DNA of 54,558 bases, taken from NCBI GenBank assembly GCA_964624685.1, contig CAZUYA010000005.1:1-54558 (forward strand), written 5' to 3'. Source of the DNA: an uncultured Ruminococcus sp. Lineage in GTDB: Bacteria > Bacillota > Clostridia > Oscillospirales > CAG-272. Shown piece after piece: positions 7,490-15,546 of the stretch. Position 1 is the stretch's first letter. Every line of letters starts with the position of its first letter. The notes below the pieces were generated by a model. It saw nothing but the letters and a program-made list of their open reading frames with translations, was not told the origin of the DNA and did not search any database. Made by a program: the position numbers and the translations under genes.

Positions 7490-9763
7490 TCACTCAAAAT
7501 TTTCCTCACGGCGGGATTGCGCCACTTTGTCGGACATGGATTGAATTTCGACCAATCGGTAATATTTTCCTTTTTTCTCCATCAGTTCCTGCGGCGTGCC
7601 GTATTCCAGAATCTGACCGTTATCGACCACAATGATCTTGTTTGCTTTTGAGAGTGTAGAGAGACGGTGTGCAATCATCAATGTGGTGCGTCCGCTGATC
7701 ATGTGCTCGATGGCATCTTGGATCAAGTGTTCGGTTTCGGAGTCCACCGAGGCGGTTGCCTCGTCAAAGACCAACATTTTCGGATTGCGGAGCATGGCGC
7801 GGGCAATGGAGATCCGTTGGCGTTCTCCGCCGGACAGACCGACACCGCGTTCTCCCAAAACGGAATCATACCCGTCCGGTTGTCGGATGATAAATTCATG
7901 TGCGTTTGCAATATCGGCGGCATTGATGACCTCATCCGTGGAAATGCTGTCGTCGCCGTAAGCGATATTATTGTAAATGGTGTCATGGAACATCATCGGT
8001 TCTTGCTGAACATATCCGATGTGTGAACGGTAATAGTGCATATCAATATCCCGAATATCCACACCGTCCACCGTAATTTGTCCTTCATAGTGGTCGTAGT
8101 AGCGAAGCAACAGATTGATGAGTGTGGATTTTCCAGACCCGGTGGTTCCGACGATGCCGACAATGTCGCCCGGCTCGATGACCAAATTGATGTCTTTGAG
8201 TACTTTTTTCGTGCGGTCAAAGGAAAAATTGACGTGCTTGAATTCGATTCGTCCGCCCATGTTGACATCGGTATTTCCTTGACCGAAGTCGTGTTCCGGT
8301 TCGGCATCCAAAATATCCATAATCCGTTCAGTGGATGCCAGCGCGTTTTGCGTGGAATCCGAAAGATTTGCAAAGAATTCCACCGGACCGTAAAACATGG
8401 TTGCATAGGAGATGAAAGAGACTAAGAGACCGACCGAAATGGTGCCGACGGTATTGGTCTCGATGGCATCAATGACCAAGTTCCCTCCCAATCCCCAAAT
8501 GACCACACTGCCGCAAGCGATCAAGGCATTGACGACCGCGGGATATGTGTGCAGAATTTTGCCGGCTTTGGAATCGGTGACGCGCCAATCGTCCACACAG
8601 GCTTCAAATCGTTTGACCGCATTCTTTTCATTGGTAAAGGATTTGATGACTCGGATTCCCGGAATGGTATCGGTCAAGGTGGAGGTGACAGCCGCCGAAC
8701 GACGCCAAATGCGGCGATAGAACGGAGCGATCTTTTTGCGGAAGATGCGCGCGCCGATGACGACCAGTGGAACGGGGATGAGCGAGTAGAGCGTCAATTT
8801 CCAGTTGATACACAACATTACGATGATGATGCCGACCATTTTGAAAAATTGAACGACAACTTCTTGTGTGATGCGAAGCATGAAGGATTGCAGTGTGGCA
8901 GTATCGCTGCTGATGCGGTTGATGACGGAACCGGTGGAGGTTTTGTCGTAGAATCGCATGGGGAGGTGTTGTGCTTTTTCATAGACTTCGCAACGAATAC
9001 GCGCAACGATCTTGTTGCCGGAGCAACGTAAGAGGTAGCCGCGGACACCGCCCAAAGCATGTTGCAACAAGTACAGGATCACAAGAGCAATTGAGACGTA
9101 GGCAAGCATGTCCCGTTTCATGTTGGGTAGAATGTCATCGACCAATGTGCTGGTCAGCATGGGCGGCAATAATGCCATAAACGTTGTCAAAATGGAAATT
9201 ATGACGGAGACTGCCAAGATTGGCATTTCCGGTTTGATGTAGACGGACAGCTTTTTGAACAGTTTTCCTTTGTTCATGCAATTGATGCAGGCGACACCGG
9301 GGGAGGAGAGCGTCCGTCCGCATTTCGGGCAAACGGAAAGCAGTTTGGTATATGCCGCGTCCACGGCTTCAAAAGCTTCCTGCGGTCGGAGACCGTTCAA
9401 AATATCGGTGACGTAGTTGACTGCCGCATCACATAGAGAGGCGATGGTGAAATTGAATCGAAAGAGGTCGATCAGAGAACCGTCTTTCTTTTGAATTCGC
9501 ATCAGTCCGTTTCCGTACATTCGCTTGTTATAAATTTTTTCGATTTCGCCGAATGCGATCTTTTCGGAAACAGTTCCCGTATCAGACGCATAGGTAAACA
9601 GATGTGCGTGTGTGGCTAACAGGATCAATGTCCCGTAGGATGCCGCTTTGGTGATTTCGCCCGCGATTGCAAAGAGAATCGGTTCCGAAGGGTCGGTCAG
9701 AGCAGTGAGCTGTCGGATGTCTTTGTCGTCCAGTTGCAAATTGGTTAGAAACGGAAGAGCCAT
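7490..9763 (-). CDS. ABC exporter (fused TMD-NBD) with a ~200-aa N-terminal cytoplasmic module that includes a Zn-ribbon
   Basis: Walker A GTTGSGKST, signature LSGGERQRI, six TM helices. The N-terminal extension contains CPKCGRTLSSPGVACINC. The start is re-called to MALPFL (ATG 9763) because the promoter at 9815-9843 lies inside the longer ORF. Confidence 0.8.
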   Translation of the reverse strand: MALPFLTNLQLDDKDIRQLTALTDPSEPILFAIAGEITKAASYGTLILLATHAHLFTYASDTGTVSEKIAFGEIEKIYNKRMYGNGLMRIQKKDGSLIDLFRFNFTIASLCDAAVNYVTDILNGLRPQEAFEAVDAAYTKLLSVCPKCGRTLSSPGVACINCMNKGKLFKKLSVYIKPEMPILAVSVIISILTTFMALLPPMLTSTLVDDILPNMKRDMLAYVSIALVILYLLQHALGGVRGYLLRCSGNKIVARIRCEVYEKAQHLPMRFYDKTSTGSVINRISSDTATLQSFMLRITQEVVVQFFKMVGIIIVMLCINWKLTLYSLIPVPLVVIGARIFRKKIAPFYRRIWRRSAAVTSTLTDTIPGIRVIKSFTNEKNAVKRFEACVDDWRVTDSKAGKILHTYPAVVNALIACGSVVIWGLGGNLVIDAIETNTVGTISVGLLVSFISYATMFYGPVEFFANLSDSTQNALASTERIMDILDAEPEHDFGQGNTDVNMGGRIEFKHVNFSFDRTKKVLKDINLVIEPGDIVGIVGTTGSGKSTLINLLLRYYDHYEGQITVDGVDIRDIDMHYYRSHIGYVQQEPMMFHDTIYNNIAYGDDSISTDEVINAADIANAHEFIIRQPDGYDSVLGERGVGLSGGERQRISIARAMLRNPKMLVFDEATASVDSETEHLIQDAIEHMISGRTTLMIAHRLSTLSKANKIIVVDNGQILEYGTPQELMEKKGKYYRLVEIQSMSDKVAQSRREENFE

Positions 9764-9814
9764 GATCGTATTTGACTGCCGAGGCAGTTCTCCTTTTCGC
9801 GTATGGTTTGCACC

Positions 9815-9843
9815 ATTATAGCATATTTTAACGAGATTGGCAA
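9815..9843 (-). promoter_or_regulatory. Sigma-A type promoter for the ABC/DUF1854 operon
   Basis: On the minus strand: TTGCCA (9843-9838), 17 nt, TGC-TATAAT (-10 at 9820-9815). Confidence 0.6.
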
Positions 9844-10282
9844 GTGATTTTTCGGATTTTTTCGATATAATTTTTTTGTGCAATCTCACGGACGGATATG
9901 CAGGATTTTTTGCATATATGCAGATCGATGCGCGGCAAATGGGATTCCGAGACCGGTTGACGGATCAAACATGGGACTTGTCGTTGGCAATGCGTCAAAT
10001 TTTTTTCGGCAAAATGCCGATTCCCCAATTGCACGGTTGCAAAAGAAGGTTGAATCTTTTTTTGATCGGTCAATATGAAAATTTTCCTTCAAATTAAGAA
10101 ACTGTGAGGATGAAAAAGGAAAGGAACAAAACCAAAGATGTAAGTAGCGAAAATTAAAGAAAAAAAACCAAAATCCTATAGAAAACAAAATACAGATGTG
10201 ATATAATACAATCATACGGGCGCACTGTATTTCGTGCGTCGAAAAAATCAAAAACAATGAAAATGAAAAGGAGAGCGATCAA

Positions 10283-11137
10283 ATGTATCATTTTCCAATT
10301 GGTGTTGTGGTGGAATCCTTCCGTAAGGAGATCCACGATGCCATTCGTGAGGCTGCTCGTTTGGAGTTGGACGGAATCCAGATGTACGGTACAAGAACCG
10401 GATTTACGCCTGAAGATTTGACGACGGAGGCACGCCGCGAGTTGTTGCAATTTGCAAAGGACAACGGGGTACGTTTTTCGGCAATTTGTGGTGATTTTGG
10501 TCACGGTTTTATGAACCGGGAATCCAATCGGATCTATGTGGAACGTTCCAAACGTGTGGTGGATCTGGCGTTGGATTTGGAGACTAATATTGTCACAACG
10601 CATATCGGCGTTGTTCCGGAAGATAAAAATACCGAACGCTATCAGATCATGCAGGAAGCATGCTATGAGTTGGCACAGTATGCTGACAGCGTTCATGCGC
10701 ATTTTGCCGTGGAGACCGGTCCGGAGACTTCTGCCGTGTTGGGAGATTTTTTGGATTCGCTCGGCTCTTGCGGTGTCGGTGTCAACCTGGATCCCGCCAA
10801 TCTGAAAATGGTTACGGGAGATGATCCGGTCAAGGCGGTGCATCGTTTGAAAAAATACATTGTGCATACTCATGCCAAGGACGGCGTGATGCTGTATCGT
10901 ACCAATCCGGACTATATTTACGGTGTTATTCCGAAACCGGAGGATATTCAGAATATCGACGCATTCCGTGAAGAACCTTTGGGAGAGGGCAGTGTTGATT
11001 TCCCTGCATACCTCAAGGCGTTGGAAGAGATCGGATACAAGGGATTTTTAACAATCGAGCGCGAGGCAGGTGCCGATCCCGCAAAGGATATTGTCACCGC
11101 TGCAAACTATTTGAGAAAAATTATCAAGGAGAATTAA
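10283..11137 (+). CDS. Sugar phosphate isomerase/epimerase (xylose-isomerase-like TIM barrel)
   Basis: 284 aa with the typical AP_endonuc_2/TIM-barrel layout (HTHAKD..., LTIEREAG). GGAGAG lies 7 nt upstream of the start. Confidence 0.75.
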   Translation: MYHFPIGVVVESFRKEIHDAIREAARLELDGIQMYGTRTGFTPEDLTTEARRELLQFAKDNGVRFSAICGDFGHGFMNRESNRIYVERSKRVVDLALDLETNIVTTHIGVVPEDKNTERYQIMQEACYELAQYADSVHAHFAVETGPETSAVLGDFLDSLGSCGVGVNLDPANLKMVTGDDPVKAVHRLKKYIVHTHAKDGVMLYRTNPDYIYGVIPKPEDIQNIDAFREEPLGEGSVDFPAYLKALEEIGYKGFLTIEREAGADPAKDIVTAANYLRKIIKEN

Positions 11138-11141
11138 GAAA

Positions 11142-12194
11142 ATGGAAAAGATTATTGCTGTGATCGGTTGCGGACGGATCGCCAACGCCGCACATTTTCC
11201 GGCACTGTCCCAAATGGAAGATGTCAGAATCAAATATGCGTGTGATTTGATCGAGGAAAAAGCCAAGAGTGCGGCTGAAAAATGGGGTGCCGAGCAGGTC
11301 ATCACCGACTATCATGTTGCACTGTCCGATCCGGAAGTGCAAACGGTTTATGTATTGACGCCGAACTATGCGCATTATGTCATCAGCATGGATGCGTTGA
11401 AAGCCGGGAAAAATGTATTTTGTGAAAAACCCATCACCATCAATTATGCACTTTCCAAAGAGATGGCAGACGAGGCGGCAAAGCAGGGCAAATTGCTCAA
11501 CATCGGCGTTTGCAACCGCTTCCACGAATCGGTTTGCCGCATTGCGAAAATGGTTGAGGAAGGCAAGCTTGGTGATGTCTATCATATTTATTGCTCTTTC
11601 CGCGCACATCGTTGCATTCCGGGACTGGGTGGTTCCTTTACCAACAAGAAAGAATCCGGCGGTGGCGTTTTGATCGACTGGGGCATCCACTATTTGGATT
11701 TGATTCTTTATATTTTGGGCGGTGCAAAGCTCAAGACTGTCAGTGCGGACACTTACAGCGAAATGGCAAAAGATATGAAGGCTTATCGTTGCAAGAGTAT
11801 GTGGGCGGAAGATACCAGAAATGTAGAAAACGGAATCAACGACGTGGAGGATTTTGTGACGGGTTATGTTCGTACCGACAAGGCATCCATTTCCTTTAAC
11901 GGCGCATGGGCGCAGAATATCGGCATCGGAGACACCTACATTGACTTTTTGGGTGACAAAGGCGGTGTCCGATTGGATTATTGCGGTCATTTCACTTTCT
12001 TCGGTTCCGATTTGTCCGAAGATCGTCCCGATTTTGAAATTCCGGATATGTACTATGCAGAGGATGCCGATTTTCTGGATGCATGCGAAACCGGACGCAA
12101 AAACAGAAGCTACATTGACAATATTTTGGAGAGTGCCAAGCTGTTGGATGCAATCTATCAATCGGCAGAGAAACATTGTGAGATCAATTTTTAA
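11142..12194 (+). CDS. Gfo/Idh/MocA family oxidoreductase
   Basis: N-terminal Rossmann motif IAVIGCGRIANAAHFPAL, 350 aa, 4 nt after the isomerase gene. Confidence 0.85.
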   Translation: MEKIIAVIGCGRIANAAHFPALSQMEDVRIKYACDLIEEKAKSAAEKWGAEQVITDYHVALSDPEVQTVYVLTPNYAHYVISMDALKAGKNVFCEKPITINYALSKEMADEAAKQGKLLNIGVCNRFHESVCRIAKMVEEGKLGDVYHIYCSFRAHRCIPGLGGSFTNKKESGGGVLIDWGIHYLDLILYILGGAKLKTVSADTYSEMAKDMKAYRCKSMWAEDTRNVENGINDVEDFVTGYVRTDKASISFNGAWAQNIGIGDTYIDFLGDKGGVRLDYCGHFTFFGSDLSEDRPDFEIPDMYYAEDADFLDACETGRKNRSYIDNILESAKLLDAIYQSAEKHCEINF

Positions 12195-12222
12195 GCCACA
12201 CCGGTCGGTGGGTTGATGAAAA

Positions 12223-12262
12223 AGAGGGAGTACCGAATAAAATCGGTATTCCCTCTTTTTTT
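12223..12262 (+). terminator. Rho-independent terminator
   Basis: AGAGGGAGTACCGA, loop, TCGGTATTCCCTCT, then TTTTTT. Confidence 0.85.
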
Positions 12263-12286
12263 CGATATTTGGCATTTGATTTGCTT

Positions 12287-12658
12287 TTACATTCGCTTTA
12301 ACAAGTGTGCCGCCTTCAACAGTCCGCGTTGATGTAATCGGTAACCCGTGCGGCGCGAAACGCCCAACAAAGCAGCTGTCCGTTCGATGCTTTCTCCTTT
12401 GACATAGTGATAATATAAGAGCAATTTTTCGCGGCTTGCTTTCATTTTTCCAAGGAGCATTCCGACCTCATACATTCGTGCGTGCCAATAAGCTTCATCA
12501 CCGGCAAGGACATCCTCACAGATTCCGGACGGATCGAATCGCTCTTTCCGTTTTCTTTCATATTTCTGTAATCCAAGCATATCGGCACACAATCGGTATC
12601 CGCATAAAAAATCTCTTGCGCGTTCCAGTTCGGCTTGTTCTGTTTCTGTCAATATCAT
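12287..12658 (-). CDS. Small sigma-70 region-4-like HTH protein (phage late-activator-like, 123 aa)
   Basis: The C-terminus LLLYYHYVKGESIERTAALLGVSRRTGYRLHQRGLLKAAHLL looks like a region-4 HTH. The start is re-called to MILTETEQ (ATG 12658) because the promoter pair at 12783-12856 sits inside the longer ORF. Confidence 0.55.
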   Translation of the reverse strand: MILTETEQAELERARDFLCGYRLCADMLGLQKYERKRKERFDPSGICEDVLAGDEAYWHARMYEVGMLLGKMKASREKLLLYYHYVKGESIERTAALLGVSRRTGYRLHQRGLLKAAHLLKRM

Positions 12659-12685
12659 TTGATTTACCGTCCTTTTCTGTTGATG

Positions 12686-12846
12686 TTCGCAAATCCGTAG
12701 TATCCGATGTTCAAGCTTTTTACAAAATTCCCCTTTTTTTGTAAAAAAATCAGGGTTTTTGTAGAAAAATGCAGAGTTGCTCTTGACATTCGTTCGGAAA
12801 TCCGTTATACTATTGATGTGCATTATCATTATATCGCATTTCCGAA
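12686..12846. repeat. Three copies of an operator-like 12-mer, TTCG(G/C)AAAT(C/G)CG
   Basis: TTCGCAAATCCG at 12686-12697, TTCGGAAATCCG at 12793-12804, and an inverted copy CGCATTTCCGAA at 12835-12846. The core CGGA-AA-TCCG is a short palindrome. Confidence 0.6.
12783..12811 (+). promoter_or_regulatory. Near-consensus promoter aimed at the XRE/S24 repressor operon
   Basis: TTGACA (12783-12788), 17 nt, TATACT (12806-12811). Confidence 0.7.
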
Positions 12847-12856
12847 AATATGTCAA
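12828..12856 (-). promoter_or_regulatory. Consensus promoter aimed at the small sigma-r4-like gene
   Basis: On the minus strand: TTGACA (12856-12851), 17 nt, TATAAT (12833-12828). Confidence 0.7.
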
Positions 12857-12949
12857 TAGATATTTCGGTTTTCATAAATATTTGGCACTTTCAACAAATT
12901 CATAAACTGATTTTGTGAAAGTTGCCGCATTCGATATGGAGGAACGCTT

Positions 12950-13576
12950 ATGGACTATTCCTTATTTGAGCGGTTATTGCACAGCCATGCTGTGACTGTC
13001 TATCAAGTTGCCAAAGCAACGCACATTTCCGCGTCTACGTTTACCGATTGGAAGAATGGAAGATCGGTTCCCAAGGCTGATAAACTTGCGCGGATCGCCG
13101 ACTATTTTTCCATTAGTTTGGACGAATTGCTCGGTACGGAAAACGGTCAACGTGCCGCAGAGCAATCCTATAAAAGTTTGCGTGCCAAAAAAATGGTTCC
13201 CGTCATCGGAATCATTCGTGCCGGTTCGCCCATCGTCACAGATGAAACATTGCTCGGACGTGAATTTGCCGATGTGGACGATGTGGAGGATTATTTCTAT
13301 TTGGAAGTTTGCGGGGACAGCATGAAAAATTGCGGCATTATAGAAGGATCGCTGGTTCTATTCCGTAAGCAGCAATATGCTGAAAACGGCGATATTGTCG
13401 CTTGTTTGGTGGACGGAGACAGTGCGACGGTCAAGCGATTTTCCAAACAGAACCATCGCATTGTGCTGTCACCGGAAAACGAGGACTACAAACCGATTGT
13501 CCTTACACCGGAGGATTTTGAAATCGGTCGCGCTCGTATTCTCGGTGTGGCATTGGAAGTCAAAACAAAATTTTGA
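12950..13576 (+). CDS. XRE-family HTH repressor with an S24 (LexA/CI-type) self-cleaving peptidase domain
   Basis: N-terminal HTH_3-like segment VYQVAKATHISASTFTDWKNGRSVP. Cleavage-site-like IRAGSP, Ser motif GDSM, Lys in TVKRF. GGAGG lies 7 nt upstream. Confidence 0.85.
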   Translation: MDYSLFERLLHSHAVTVYQVAKATHISASTFTDWKNGRSVPKADKLARIADYFSISLDELLGTENGQRAAEQSYKSLRAKKMVPVIGIIRAGSPIVTDETLLGREFADVDDVEDYFYLEVCGDSMKNCGIIEGSLVLFRKQQYAENGDIVACLVDGDSATVKRFSKQNHRIVLSPENEDYKPIVLTPEDFEIGRARILGVALEVKTKF

Positions 13577-13600
13577 GCTTTTTGTAAGGAAAGGAAGTAT

Positions 13601-15541
13601 ATGATAGCAATCAGTGTAAACGATTTATCCTTGAGTTTTGGGACCGTACCGATATTGGAACGAATTTCATTCTCCTTGGAAGAAGGCGATAAACTCGGTA
13701 TCATCGGTGTCAACGGGTGCGGAAAGTCTTCACTTTTTCGATTGATTATGGGAACATTGGAACCGACGGAAGGAGAAATTTACATTTCCAAAGGAAAATC
13801 CGTCGGGATTTTGACGCAGGACGGTGCGTTCGATTGCAACGATGCCGAGCAAACCGTATTGCACAGAATGTATTCCGCATTTCCGAAATTGTTGCAAATG
13901 GAACGGCAATTGAGCGAGTTGGAAGCGGCTTTGAAAGATGCCGATGCGCGTACCATCTCCATGTACACCGATTTGCACGAACGGTTTGTACGGGATGGAG
14001 GATTGGAATTTCGCGGACGGTGTGTCGCTATCCTGCAACGGCTCGGATTTGACAGTGTGATGCAAGCGCAAACGGTTGCCACGCTGTCGGGCGGTCAACG
14101 CACTCGTCTTGCGCTTGCGATCGAGCTGTGTCGTGAGCCGGATATTCTTTTGTTGGATGAGCCGACCAATCATCTTGACATTGAAACTTTGAGCTGGCTG
14201 GAAAGCTTTTTGAAGACGTATCCAAAGTGCGTGATGATCGTTTCCCATGACCGCTATTTTTTGGATCAGGTCACGAATAAAACATTATCCATTGAACATC
14301 ATCGGGCAAAACTGTATCATGGCGGTTATACACAAAGCATGGAACAACGTCGGTTGGATCGCGAAGCGGCTGAACATCGTTGGAAAAGTCAACAAAAGGA
14401 GATTGCGCGTCAGGAAGCGTACATTGCACAACAGCGCGCATGGAATCGGGAACGCAACATCATTGCCGCTGAAAGTCGTCAAAAACGATTGGATAAAATG
14501 GAACGCTTGGAACGTCCGCAAAACGATCCCCGCGCCATTCGAATGCGATTTTGGGAAGCGATTGCTTCCGGCAACGATGTTTTGGATGTGCGTGACTTGA
14601 GTATGGGATTTTCCGGAAGACTGTTATTTGAAAATCTTTCTTTTTCGGTCAAACGGCGGGAACACATCATGATCATCGGTCCCAACGGATGCGGAAAATC
14701 AACGTTGGTCAAACTTTTGTTGCACCGTATGGCACCGCTTTCCGGTACCGTTACGGAAGGGGATCATGTTTGTGTCGGATACTATGATCAGGAAAATCAA
14801 AATCTTTCCCCCGATCAAACGGTTTTGGATGAGCTGTGGAATGCTTATCCGACACGCACCGAAACCGAGATTCGCAATACGCTGGGGTTGTTTCGGTTTA
14901 CGGGCGACGATGTGTTCAAACTTGTGTCCGTACTCAGCGGTGGCGAACGTGCACGGCTGACACTCTCCAAACTGATGTTATCTAAAATGAATCTGTTGAT
15001 TTTGGATGAGCCGACCAATCACTTGGATGTCGATTCCCGTGAAGCCTTGGAGAGTGCATTGGAACAATTTGAAGGTACCGTGATTACCGTTTCGCATGAC
15101 CGTTATCTCATCGAAAAATTGGCAACGCGCATTTTGGAGTTGCACCCGGGAGCTGAATTTGGTGGAAATTTATTGGATTATTCCATCGACCATCCCGGAA
15201 ACGCATATACTGAGTTTCAGCAGTACAAAACGTTGCGGCGAGAACAGATCGGCTCTTCCGCTGTCGGAACCACTGTACCGAAAGCGGTTGGGAGCAATAA
15301 AGAACAGTATTTGAAAAATAAGCAAGCTGTTGCCGAAGCGCGTAAGCGAAAAGCGCAAGTGGAACGTATGAAAAAGGAATGTGATACGCTGGAATCGGAA
15401 CTGACGAAGATCGAATCGGAATTGTTCGGATCAGCCGCCTCCGACTATTTGCGTGCTGCCGAGTTGGATGAACGAAAAACGGAAATCGAAACAAGACTGA
15501 TGGATCTTTATGAGGCATTGGAAGCCGAAGAAACGGAGTAA
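13601..15541 (+). CDS. ABC-F family ATPase (Uup/YfmR-like, no TMD)
   Basis: Two NBDs: GVNGCGKSS with LSGGQRTRL, and GPNGCGKST with LSGGERARL. There is an inter-domain linker, a charged coiled-coil C-terminus and no TM segments. Confidence 0.85.
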   Translation: MIAISVNDLSLSFGTVPILERISFSLEEGDKLGIIGVNGCGKSSLFRLIMGTLEPTEGEIYISKGKSVGILTQDGAFDCNDAEQTVLHRMYSAFPKLLQMERQLSELEAALKDADARTISMYTDLHERFVRDGGLEFRGRCVAILQRLGFDSVMQAQTVATLSGGQRTRLALAIELCREPDILLLDEPTNHLDIETLSWLESFLKTYPKCVMIVSHDRYFLDQVTNKTLSIEHHRAKLYHGGYTQSMEQRRLDREAAEHRWKSQQKEIARQEAYIAQQRAWNRERNIIAAESRQKRLDKMERLERPQNDPRAIRMRFWEAIASGNDVLDVRDLSMGFSGRLLFENLSFSVKRREHIMIIGPNGCGKSTLVKLLLHRMAPLSGTVTEGDHVCVGYYDQENQNLSPDQTVLDELWNAYPTRTETEIRNTLGLFRFTGDDVFKLVSVLSGGERARLTLSKLMLSKMNLLILDEPTNHLDVDSREALESALEQFEGTVITVSHDRYLIEKLATRILELHPGAEFGGNLLDYSIDHPGNAYTEFQQYKTLRREQIGSSAVGTTVPKAVGSNKEQYLKNKQAVAEARKRKAQVERMKKECDTLESELTKIESELFGSAASDYLRAAELDERKTEIETRLMDLYEALEAEETE

Positions 15542-15546
15542 CTGTT

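Noticed and set aside
10154-12275. Long antisense ORFs in the track: 10154-10873 and 11124-12275. The same applies to 23386-24510, 40607-41536, 43300-44346, 45770-46651, 17930-18604 and others
   Set aside because: Each lies opposite a gene with clear family motifs. Their translations are low-complexity and rich in Arg, Cys and His, and they lack SD sites. They are shadow ORFs.
12659-12949. A canonical Firmicute SOS (Cheo) box, CGAAC-N4-GTTCG, which would make the 208-aa protein a true LexA
   Set aside because: No full box is present. Only two GATGTTC half-site-like words occur (12682-12688 and 12706-12712). The protein's DNA-binding domain is XRE/HTH_3-like rather than the LexA winged helix, so I call it a CI-like S24 repressor.
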